Below are positions 43,819 to 51,612 of a stretch of DNA of 64,000 bases, in pieces. How positions within the stretch are numbered: the stretch's first letter is position 1; each line of letters opens with the position of its first letter. The notes beneath the pieces are model-generated. The model was given only the letters and a program-made list of their open reading frames with translations. It was not told the DNA's origin and did no database searches. The translations under genes and the position numbers were made by a program. Source of the stretch: Candidatus Nealsonbacteria bacterium (GTDB taxonomy: Bacteria > Patescibacteriota > Minisyncoccia > Minisyncoccales > PWPS01); NCBI GenBank assembly GCA_003557645.1, contig PWNV01000011.1, positions 13,640 through 77,639 on the forward strand, written 5' to 3'.

Positions 43819-44871
43819 ATGCCTCCTATTTTTGTTGTTATTATAACGCTTGTATTTTTAATCGCTTTTCATGAGCTTGGACACTTTTTGCTTGCTAAAA
43901 AATATGGAGTAAGAGTTGATGAGTTTGGAATAGGGATTCCTCCGCGAGCTTGGGGGAAGAAGATAGGAGAAACAATTTATTCCTTAAACTGGATTCCCTT
44001 GGGTGGTTTTGTAAGACTTTACGGAGAAGATGCAAGAATCGATAACGAAAGGAGCTTTTCTTCTAAACCGATTTATCAGCGAGCACTTATTGTTTTTGGT
44101 GGGATAGCAGCTTTCTTTTTAATTGCAATAGCTATTTTTTCTGTTGTTGCTTTTACAGGCGTAAGCGGAGTTGTTGCTGATGATACTTTAGATGAGTGGG
44201 AAAACCCTCGGGTATTTGTAAGAGGGGTGTTGGAAGGATCTCCTGCAGCGGAAGCAGGAATTGTTATGGGTGATATTGTAAAAGAGGTTGATGGTAAAGA
44301 GGTTACAAAAAGAAAAGAAGCAATAAGTTACTTTTTAGATAATAAGGGAGAAGAAGTCGAAGTGACAGTAAGAAGAGAAGGAGAAGAGTATTCTTTTCTA
44401 TTGACTCCCCGCGAAGAAGACGGCATTGTTGGAATTAATTTGGTGCGGATTGCCGAAAAAAGATTCCCCTTTTATGAGGCTCCTTTAATAGGTTTACAGA
44501 TAACAGGAGAGACGACTTATATGGTAGTCAGTGGTTTCTATACAGCTTTTTCATATGCTGTTACGGGCAGGGATCTTCCAGATTATATGGAACTTGGAGG
44601 ACCTGTAGCGATTGTTGGTATGGGAGCAGAACAGCTTGAAAGAGGTTTTTCTGATTATTTACATTTTGTTGGGATAATTACCATTTCACTGGCCGTTATA
44701 AATGCTCTTCCTATTCCTGCTCTTGATGGAGGAAGGCTGGTTTTTCTTGCGATAGAAAAAATTAAAGGAGGAGCAATTCCTCAGAAAATAGAATACGGGT
44801 TAAATGCAATATTTTTTCTTTTACTGTTGTCACTTATGATTTTTATTACTTTCAAAGATTTGGGGTTTTAG
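43819..44871 (+). CDS. rseP: RIP metalloprotease RseP (M50 with PDZ)
   Basis: 350 aa. HELGHF, a PDZ-like GSPAAEAGIVMGDIV segment, and NALPIPALDGG. Confidence 0.88.
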   Translation: MPPIFVVIITLVFLIAFHELGHFLLAKKYGVRVDEFGIGIPPRAWGKKIGETIYSLNWIPLGGFVRLYGEDARIDNERSFSSKPIYQRALIVFGGIAAFFLIAIAIFSVVAFTGVSGVVADDTLDEWENPRVFVRGVLEGSPAAEAGIVMGDIVKEVDGKEVTKRKEAISYFLDNKGEEVEVTVRREGEEYSFLLTPREEDGIVGINLVRIAEKRFPFYEAPLIGLQITGETTYMVVSGFYTAFSYAVTGRDLPDYMELGGPVAIVGMGAEQLERGFSDYLHFVGIITISLAVINALPIPALDGGRLVFLAIEKIKGGAIPQKIEYGLNAIFFLLLLSLMIFITFKDLGF

Positions 44872-44905
44872 AGGTGAGCATTATTAAGATAGATGAAGTT
44901 ATACT

Positions 44906-45961
44906 ATGTTTAGCAAAATTTTAAGAAAATTGTCGTGTGATATAGGGATTGATCTTGGTACGGCCAACTGCCTTGTGTATGTGCGCGGAAGAGGTATTAT
45001 TATGTCCGAACCTTCTGTAGTGGCTATAAACAACAAGACGGGACAGATTTTAGCAATAGGGGAAGAGGCCAGGAAAATGGTTGGAAAGACTCCTGGGCAT
45101 ATTGTAGCTACACGTCCACTTGTCTCTGGAGTAGTTTCAGATTTTGATGTTACCGAGCAGATGATTCGTTATTTCATCGAGAAAGCTCATCAAGACAGGT
45201 TTCCTCTACGTCCTCGTCCTCGTGTAGTAATTGGAATTCCTTGCGGTGTAACGGAAGTAGAAAAAAGAGCAGTTCAAGATGCTGGTAAAAATGCTGGAGC
45301 GGGACGTGTTTATTTGATTGAAGAGCCGATGTCTGCCGCTATAGGAATTCACTTGCCGATACAAGATCCAGGTGGGAACTTTGTTGTTGATATTGGAGGA
45401 GGAACTACAGAGGTCGCAGTAATATCGTTGGGAGGAATAGTTATTTCTAAAAGCCTACGTATCGCCGGGGATAAACTCAATGAAGATATAATTAATTTTG
45501 CGGAGAAGAGGCACAAACTTTTAATCGGAGAAAGAACTGCAGAGGATGTAAAGATTAAGATAGGTTCTGCTTGCCCAGGAGAAGAAAAGATGGAAGCGTC
45601 TATCAGAGGAAGAAACTTAGTTACGGGGCTTCCCGAAGAAGTTCTTCTTACAGATGACGATGCTCGAGAGGCGATGGAAAAGTCAATTCGAGAAATTGTT
45701 AGAACTGTTAAAGACACAGTAGAGGAGACACCCCCCGAACTTCTGGCTGATATTATGGCTAAAGGAATATATCTTCTTGGAGGAGGAAGTCTTTTAAGAG
45801 GGCTTGATAATTTAATTGAAGAAGAAACAAAAATTAAAACTATAATAGGGGACGATCCGCTTACAGCCGTGGTGCGCGGAGCTGGGTATGCGTTAGAGCA
45901 CATGGACAAACATACAGAGATTATTTTGCAAGCAGAGGACATTGATCCTCCAAAACAATAA
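44906..45961 (+). CDS. mreB: MreB-family actin-like protein (paralog 2)
   Basis: 351 aa. GIDLGTANC and DIGGGTTEVAVISLGG. By eye, roughly half of aligned positions are shared with paralog 1. Confidence 0.9.
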   Translation: MFSKILRKLSCDIGIDLGTANCLVYVRGRGIIMSEPSVVAINNKTGQILAIGEEARKMVGKTPGHIVATRPLVSGVVSDFDVTEQMIRYFIEKAHQDRFPLRPRPRVVIGIPCGVTEVEKRAVQDAGKNAGAGRVYLIEEPMSAAIGIHLPIQDPGGNFVVDIGGGTTEVAVISLGGIVISKSLRIAGDKLNEDIINFAEKRHKLLIGERTAEDVKIKIGSACPGEEKMEASIRGRNLVTGLPEEVLLTDDDAREAMEKSIREIVRTVKDTVEETPPELLADIMAKGIYLLGGGSLLRGLDNLIEEETKIKTIIGDDPLTAVVRGAGYALEHMDKHTEIILQAEDIDPPKQ

Positions 45962-45971
45962 GAAAGAAACT

Positions 45972-46256
45972 ATGTTTATAAAAAAGGAAATAACTAAATT
46001 AGCATTTTTGTCTCGTATAAAACTAGACAAAGAAGCGATGGAGGATATTCCCGAAGAGCTTGAATCAATCTTGAACTACATACAGAAACTGACGGACATT
46101 AATACTGAGGGAGTGGATCCTCTTTTTCATTTTCCAGAGTTAAAAAATGTTGTTCGCATTGATAAGGCTTTTGAAGAAAGCAAGGAGATCAAAGATAAAA
46201 TGATGTTGATGGGCAAAAAGAAGGACGGATATTTAAAGGTTGAATCAATATTATGA
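45972..46256 (+). CDS. gatC: Asp/Glu-tRNA amidotransferase subunit C
   Basis: 94 aa from MFIKKEITKLAFLSRIKL. Precedes gatA with an ATGA overlap. Confidence 0.85.
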   Translation: MFIKKEITKLAFLSRIKLDKEAMEDIPEELESILNYIQKLTDINTEGVDPLFHFPELKNVVRIDKAFEESKEIKDKMMLMGKKKDGYLKVESIL

Positions 46257-47644
46257 ATCCTACTATTAAAGAGACGCAGGAAAGAATTAAAAAGAGGGAA
46301 TTAACTCCCTCTGATGCTGTTTACTCCTTTCTTTCTCGTATAAGAGCAAGAAACATGGAGACAAATGCAATGCTCTCTGTGTTTGAGAAGGCCGCAGGAG
46401 AGATTACCGAGATAAGAAGAGAGCTACCTCTCTTTGGAAGTGTTTTTGCGATAAAAGACAATATTTTAGTCAAAGGAGAAAAGTGTACCGCCGGATCAAA
46501 AATATTGGAGCATTATGTTGCACCATTTGATGCTACTGTTATTGAAAAAATTAAAGAAAAAGGAGCAGTAATTATTGGAAAAACTAACATGGATGAATTT
46601 GCCATGGGTTCTTCAACGGAGAACTCGGCATTTGGGCCTGCAAGAAATCCACATAATTTGAAAAAAGTTCCTGGAGGATCGTCAGGAGGAGCAGCGATAG
46701 GAGTTGCTGATGGTATGTGTAACGCAGCTCTTGGATCGGATACAGGTGGATCAATTAGGCAGCCAGCTGCTTTTTGTGGGGTTGTAGGAATGAAACCAAC
46801 CTATGGGACAGTCTCAAGAAGTGGAGTTATTTCGATGGCCTCTTCTTTTGATCAAGTAGGACCGTTTGCTCAGACAGTAGAAGATGCCGAAATTATTTTT
46901 GAGGCAATTTCTGGCAGAGACATAAAAGATTCTGTTACTACGGATTTTTTGCGAAAAAACAGAAAGAGCGATAAAATTAGAGTGGGAGTTCCAAAAGAAT
47001 ATTTTGTGAAAGGAATAGACCAAGATATCAAGGAAGTAATTGAAAAAGCTATTTCAAAAATTGAGAGGAAAGGAATAGAAGTGATCGAAATAAGTTTACC
47101 TCATACAGAGTATGCGCTTCCAACCTACGAGATTATCATGGCTTCAGAAGTTTCTGCAAATATGGCTCGGTTTGATGGTATGCGCTATGGGATGAAGATA
47201 GAAAAAGATGTTGCAAAAACTATTCAGGACGCTTACCTTGAAAATAGAGGGCAAGGATTGGGCAAAGAGGTGAAAAGGAGAATCATTTTAGGAACCTACA
47301 CTCTTTCTGCTGGTTATTACGATGCATATTATGTTAAAGCACAAAGAGTTAGATCATTGATTTACAAGGATATGCAAGATGCGTTTAGGCAAGTCGATGT
47401 GCTTTTGACGCCTACCACACCAACTCTTCCGTTTAATATAGGTGAAAAGATAAAGGATCCCTTAGCAATGCATCTTTCAGATGTCTTTACTGTGACTGCT
47501 AATTTAGCAGGATTGCCGGCGATTAATCTTCCGTGTGGGAAAATTAAAGGTCTTCCGGTAGGGGCTCAGGTGATCGCTGGAAGATTTAGAGAAGAAATTT
47601 TATTTGCAGCAGCGAAAAAATTTGAAAAAATATGGCAGGAGTAA
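46253..47644 (+). CDS. gatA: Asp/Glu-tRNA amidotransferase subunit A
   Basis: 463 aa. Amidase signature GGSSGGAA...GSDTGGSIRQPA. Confidence 0.94.
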   Translation: MNPTIKETQERIKKRELTPSDAVYSFLSRIRARNMETNAMLSVFEKAAGEITEIRRELPLFGSVFAIKDNILVKGEKCTAGSKILEHYVAPFDATVIEKIKEKGAVIIGKTNMDEFAMGSSTENSAFGPARNPHNLKKVPGGSSGGAAIGVADGMCNAALGSDTGGSIRQPAAFCGVVGMKPTYGTVSRSGVISMASSFDQVGPFAQTVEDAEIIFEAISGRDIKDSVTTDFLRKNRKSDKIRVGVPKEYFVKGIDQDIKEVIEKAISKIERKGIEVIEISLPHTEYALPTYEIIMASEVSANMARFDGMRYGMKIEKDVAKTIQDAYLENRGQGLGKEVKRRIILGTYTLSAGYYDAYYVKAQRVRSLIYKDMQDAFRQVDVLLTPTTPTLPFNIGEKIKDPLAMHLSDVFTVTANLAGLPAINLPCGKIKGLPVGAQVIAGRFREEILFAAAKKFEKIWQE

Positions 47645-48168
47645 TACAAGAAATAATAAATTATCTCACTAATCCAGAGCTTATTTCTCCTTCTTTTTTT
47701 TCTGCTTGGCAAGTTCTTCGTTTGATTTTTATCTATATCTCTATTATTTTAGGAGCATTAATTATCTTTCTCCTTTCTGTTAATGGATATATTGATGCTC
47801 GATATAAGGCGAACCTTGAAGAGTTTACAAAGGTAAAACCCTATCGTAACTTTAAAGTCAATATAAATTGGGTGGAGATTACAAAAGCTGTGAAAGAAGG
47901 GAAAGAGGCTGATAGGAGACTTGCTGTTATCGAGGCAGATGATGCTGTAAATAGCGCCTTGGGACAACTTGGTTATCAGGGGAATAATCTTTTAGAAAAA
48001 CTAGAAAGAATAAATAAAGATATTATCCCTAACATTGAAGATCTTAAAAGAGCGCATAAAATTAAGAGAGATGTTGTATATGATCCAAGTAGAGGGCTTT
48101 CACATGAGGAGGCAAGGGAAATGATTGCAATTTACGAGAAGACTTTTCAAGATCTTCAACTTCTTTAA
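47632..48168 (+). CDS. hypothetical membrane protein
   Basis: 178 aa. One central TM (LRLIFIYISIILGALIIFLL). No motif I recognise. Confidence 0.5.
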   Translation: MAGVIQEIINYLTNPELISPSFFSAWQVLRLIFIYISIILGALIIFLLSVNGYIDARYKANLEEFTKVKPYRNFKVNINWVEITKAVKEGKEADRRLAVIEADDAVNSALGQLGYQGNNLLEKLERINKDIIPNIEDLKRAHKIKRDVVYDPSRGLSHEEAREMIAIYEKTFQDLQLL

Positions 48169-48174
48169 GCTGAT

Positions 48175-48202
48175 TTGACAATTTTGAATAATGTATTAGA
48201 AT
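48175..48202 (+). promoter_or_regulatory. candidate promoter of the tRNA operon
   Basis: TTGACA (48175-48180), 16-nt spacer, TAGAAT (48197-48202), 11 nt before the first tRNA. Confidence 0.5.
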
Positions 48203-48213
48203 GATCAAGGTAT

Positions 48214-48284
48214 CGCGGGGTGGTGAAATGGTATCATTTAGGGCCCATAACCCTGAGTTTCAGGTTCGAATCCTGACCCCGCAA
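48214..48284 (+). tRNA. initiator tRNA-fMet (anticodon CAT)
   Basis: Acceptor CGCGGGG/CCCCGCA with C1 opposite A72. GGG/CCC run at the base of the anticodon stem. Loop CCCATAA. T-arm TCAGG-TTCGAAT-CCTGA. No encoded CCA. Confidence 0.85.
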
Positions 48285-48295
48285 CATGACTTTTG

Positions 48296-48369
48296 GCCAG
48301 GGTAGCTCAGATGGTTAGAGCGTGGGACTCATAAGCCCGAGGTCGTGGGTTCGATCCCCACCCCTGGCA
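48296..48369 (+). tRNA. tRNA with anticodon CAT (elongator Met or lysidine-type Ile2; not resolvable by eye)
   Basis: Acceptor GCCAGGG/CCCTGGC, D-arm GCTC-AGATGGTTA-GAGC, anticodon loop CTCATAA, T-arm GTGGG-TTCGATC-CCCAC. Confidence 0.85.
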
Positions 48370-48385
48370 CATGAGTTCTAGAAGT

Positions 48386-48462
48386 GGGGGCGTAGATCAA
48401 TTGGTTAGATCGCCACTCTGTCACAGTGGAGGTTGCCGGTTCGAGTCCGGTCGTCCCCGCCA
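48386..48462 (+). tRNA. tRNA-Asp (anticodon GTC), CCA encoded
   Basis: Acceptor GGGGGCG/CGTCCCC, anticodon stem CCACT/AGTGG, loop CTGTCAC, T-loop TTCGAGT. The only tRNA in the window with a genomic CCA end. Confidence 0.9.
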
Positions 48463-48468
48463 AAAATT

Positions 48469-48491
48469 CCGAGAAATTCTCTCGGTTTTTT
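48469..48491 (+). terminator. intrinsic terminator after the tRNA operon
   Basis: Stem CCGAGA/TCTCGG, loop AATTC, then TTTTTT. Confidence 0.6.
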
Positions 48492-48548
48492 ATTGAATCA
48501 ACTCTAATTTTTATGTACAAAGAGTGCTATTTTTAAAGATAAATGCGT

Positions 48549-48577
48549 TTGATTTTATTCTTTTTTTAAGGTAAAAT
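48549..48577 (+). promoter_or_regulatory. candidate promoter of pheST
   Basis: TTGATT (48549-48554), 17-nt spacer, TAAAAT (48572-48577). Only 6 nt (TAAAAC) to the ATG at 48584. Confidence 0.4.
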
Positions 48578-48583
48578 TAAAAC

Positions 48584-49609
48584 ATGAAAGGGGAGAATTT
48601 AGAACTTATTAAAACAAAATTTTTACAAGAATTCGAAGGAGCGAAGACCTCAAAGGAAAGAAGGAAAATATGTAAAAAATATCTAGAGGATGAACTTTCC
48701 TCTGTTTTTGCGTCCTTAAAAAAACTTTCAGGAAAAGAAAAAGCAGAACTGGGGAAGGAAGCTAATAACTTGAAAGAGCTGTTTTCGAGTAAAATGACGA
48801 TGCTAAAGGAGATTAAAAAAGAAAAGGATGAGTGGATAGATGTTACACTCCCAGGAAAGAAACCTGCTCTTGGAAGCATTCACCCATTAACCAGAACACA
48901 AAGACGATGTGCAGAAATTCTTTCTCATATGGGATTTGTTACTGTTGAGGGGCCCGAACTAGAAAGCGAATGGTATAATTTTGATGCTTTAAACGTAGAG
49001 CAAGACCATCCTGCAAGAGAGATGCAAGACACTCTTTTTATAAAGCAAAAGAATAGAGAAAAATTAAGCCCTAGAGAAAGGCTTCTGATGCGAACTCAAA
49101 CTTCTGCTGTTCAGGCTCGTTATATGGAAAAAAATAAACCTCCTCTGAAAATTATTGTTCTTGAAAGGGTGTTTCGAAACGAAGCTACTGACAGTTCTCA
49201 TGAAATAAATTTCTATCAGTTAGAAGGGCTTATGGTTGAAGAAAAATTATCAGTAGCAAATCTTCAGGCCGTAACAAAGTTATTTTTCCATAATTTTTTT
49301 GGTAGTGATGTAGATATTCGATTTCGCCCTTCTTATTTTCCTTTTACCGAGCCATCATTTGAAGTGGATGTAAGTTGTACTATTTGTAAAAAAAGAGGCT
49401 GCAGTGCTTGTCAAAGAACTGGATGGCTGGAAATAATGGGAGCGGGCATGGTACACCCTAACGTATTAGAGAGCGCGGGAATAGATCCTTCACAGTTCAC
49501 GGGTTTTGCTTTCGGTATGGGGGTTGATCGTCTTGCCATGATTAAGTATGAAATTGATGATATTCGCCTTTTCTATGGCAGTGATTTACGATTTTTGAAT
49601 CAATTCTAA
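48584..49609 (+). CDS. pheS: phenylalanine--tRNA ligase alpha subunit
   Basis: 341 aa. Class II core with FRPSYFPFTEPS and GFAFGMGVDRLAM. Confidence 0.94.
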   Translation: MKGENLELIKTKFLQEFEGAKTSKERRKICKKYLEDELSSVFASLKKLSGKEKAELGKEANNLKELFSSKMTMLKEIKKEKDEWIDVTLPGKKPALGSIHPLTRTQRRCAEILSHMGFVTVEGPELESEWYNFDALNVEQDHPAREMQDTLFIKQKNREKLSPRERLLMRTQTSAVQARYMEKNKPPLKIIVLERVFRNEATDSSHEINFYQLEGLMVEEKLSVANLQAVTKLFFHNFFGSDVDIRFRPSYFPFTEPSFEVDVSCTICKKRGCSACQRTGWLEIMGAGMVHPNVLESAGIDPSQFTGFAFGMGVDRLAMIKYEIDDIRLFYGSDLRFLNQF

Positions 49610-49611
49610 AA

Positions 49612-51609
49612 ATGAAATTTTCCTATAACTTTTTACAATCATTCTTCAAAAAAAAGCTTCCTCCAGCCGAGAAACTTGCTGAAAAATTAATGATGCACTT
49701 TTTTGAAGTAGAAGAAATAGAGCATCTTAAGGATGACATTGTTTTTGATATTGATGTTTTGCCCAATCGTGCTGCGGATTGTTTTTCACATGTTGGAGTT
49801 GCCCGCGAAATAGCTGCGATTATTGGGATGGAGTATGAGAAGCCAAAAGCAGATTTTCAAGAGGACAGTGAAAGTATTTCTGACTTAATAAACATAAAAG
49901 TAAAAAATGCTTGTTCTCGCTACACCTTAAGAGCGATGAAAGGCGTAAAGGTAAAGCCATCACTACCCTATATCCAGAAAAGATTAAAAAGTTGTGGAAT
50001 AAAACCAATAAATAATATTGTTGATGCTACCAATTACGTCATGCTAGAGATGGGTCAACCGCTTCATGCATTTGATGGGGGGAAGATTGGGGGAGAAGAC
50101 ATAGTTGTGCGATTTGCAAAAAAAAGAGAGAAGATAGTGACTCTTGATGAAAAAAGATATGAACTTTATGATGATATATTAGTTATTGCTGATGAGTTTT
50201 CTCCTTTAGGAATTGCAGGGATAAAGGGAGGGATTGTTCCTGAAGTTGATAAGAATACAAATCTTATCTTTATTGAAGCGGGTAATTTTGATGCGAAAAC
50301 AGTAAGAAAGGGGTCGCAAAAACTAAAACTTAGAACAGATGCTTCTTCACGTTTTGAGCACGGAATTCCACCTGAATTTACTAAGGAAGCCTTGGATCGT
50401 GTGGTTACTTTGATTGCAAAAAATGGAGGGGGGAAAATTTTAAAAGGAGCGCTTGACTACTATCCTAACGAAAACAAGGCAAAAGAAATAATTTTTTTAG
50501 CTCAAGAAGTGAGAGGTCTTCTTGGAGTAGAAATTCCATTGAAAGAAATAGAAAGAATTTTGAGGTCCTTAGAGTTTAAAGTTAGAAGAGAAGGAGATAC
50601 TTTTTACGCTGAAGTTCCTTATTTTAGAATAGATATTTCTATTAAGGAGGATGTTATTGAAGAGGTGGGAAGAATCTATGGGTACGAAAACATAAAACCA
50701 GTAATGCCCACAGTTCAGATGAGGCTTTCAAAAGAAAGTGCTTCTGTGAAGATGGAAAAGATTTTTCGAAATCTCTGGAGTGCTATTGGTTTCTCGGAGG
50801 CATATAATTACTCTTTTATTAATAACAAAGTTGCAACTAGCTTTGAGTATAAAAACTTAATAGAAGTAGAAAAGCCGGTTAGCTTGGAGTATAAGTATTT
50901 GAGACCAAGTCTTCTTCCGGGGTTATTGGAAAACATTAAAGAAAACGAGAAAAACTTTAAGGAAATAAAGATATTTGAGCTGGGGAGAGTATTTTTCTAT
51001 GATGACGTTGCAAAAGAAAAGAAAATGATATCAGGAGTTATGGCACCAGATAATTTCTATGAAATGAAAGGTGCTTTAGATGTTTTTTTTGAGAAAATAA
51101 ATATAGAAGATATTTCCTATTTCCCGGTACAGGATGAGAATTTTTTAAACCTTAATCGCAGCGCAAAAATAATTTCAGGAGATGTAGTTATTGGGTATGT
51201 CGGAGAAATTTCTTCGGAGATTAGGGGGAAGATTAATCTTAAGAAAAAGGTTTCCGTTTTCGAAATTGATTTTGAGAAAATAGTTGAAATTGCTAGTGAG
51301 ATAAAGCCTTATGACCAGATTTCTAGATTTCCGTTTATGATCAGAGATTTGGCGGTTTTGGTTCCAGAAAAAACACTTCATGACGAGGTGTTAAAAGAGA
51401 TAAAAAATGCTGGTGGAATACTTCTTAGAAATATAGATCTTTTTGATGTTTATAAGGGAGAATCTATTCCGGAAGGACAGAAAAATTTTGCTTTTCGTCT
51501 TTTTTTTCAAGCGAAAAACAAAACTCTTTCTCCTGAAGAAGCCAACAGATTGCAAGAAAAAGTAATAAAAGCTCTGGATAGCAAGCCGGAGTGGAAGGTA
51601 AGAAAATAA
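49612..51609 (+). CDS. pheT: phenylalanine--tRNA ligase beta subunit (short form)
   Basis: 665 aa. MKFSYNFLQSF start runs almost directly into DIDVLPNRAADCFSHVGVAREIA. B3/4, B5 and FDX-ACB-like C-terminus are inferred. Confidence 0.9.
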   Translation: MKFSYNFLQSFFKKKLPPAEKLAEKLMMHFFEVEEIEHLKDDIVFDIDVLPNRAADCFSHVGVAREIAAIIGMEYEKPKADFQEDSESISDLINIKVKNACSRYTLRAMKGVKVKPSLPYIQKRLKSCGIKPINNIVDATNYVMLEMGQPLHAFDGGKIGGEDIVVRFAKKREKIVTLDEKRYELYDDILVIADEFSPLGIAGIKGGIVPEVDKNTNLIFIEAGNFDAKTVRKGSQKLKLRTDASSRFEHGIPPEFTKEALDRVVTLIAKNGGGKILKGALDYYPNENKAKEIIFLAQEVRGLLGVEIPLKEIERILRSLEFKVRREGDTFYAEVPYFRIDISIKEDVIEEVGRIYGYENIKPVMPTVQMRLSKESASVKMEKIFRNLWSAIGFSEAYNYSFINNKVATSFEYKNLIEVEKPVSLEYKYLRPSLLPGLLENIKENEKNFKEIKIFELGRVFFYDDVAKEKKMISGVMAPDNFYEMKGALDVFFEKINIEDISYFPVQDENFLNLNRSAKIISGDVVIGYVGEISSEIRGKINLKKKVSVFEIDFEKIVEIASEIKPYDQISRFPFMIRDLAVLVPEKTLHDEVLKEIKNAGGILLRNIDLFDVYKGESIPEGQKNFAFRLFFQAKNKTLSPEEANRLQEKVIKALDSKPEWKVRK

Positions 51610-51612
51610 AAA

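Noticed and set aside
48329-48520. 63-aa minus-strand ORF in the supplied track.
   Set aside because: It is made up of the reverse complement of two tRNA genes and the terminator, so it is not a protein gene.
48492-48583. T-box leader upstream of pheS, as found in Firmicutes.
   Set aside because: The spacer is only about 90 nt. It has no specifier-loop or T-box conserved sequence and no terminator/antiterminator pair. It is better explained by a simple promoter.
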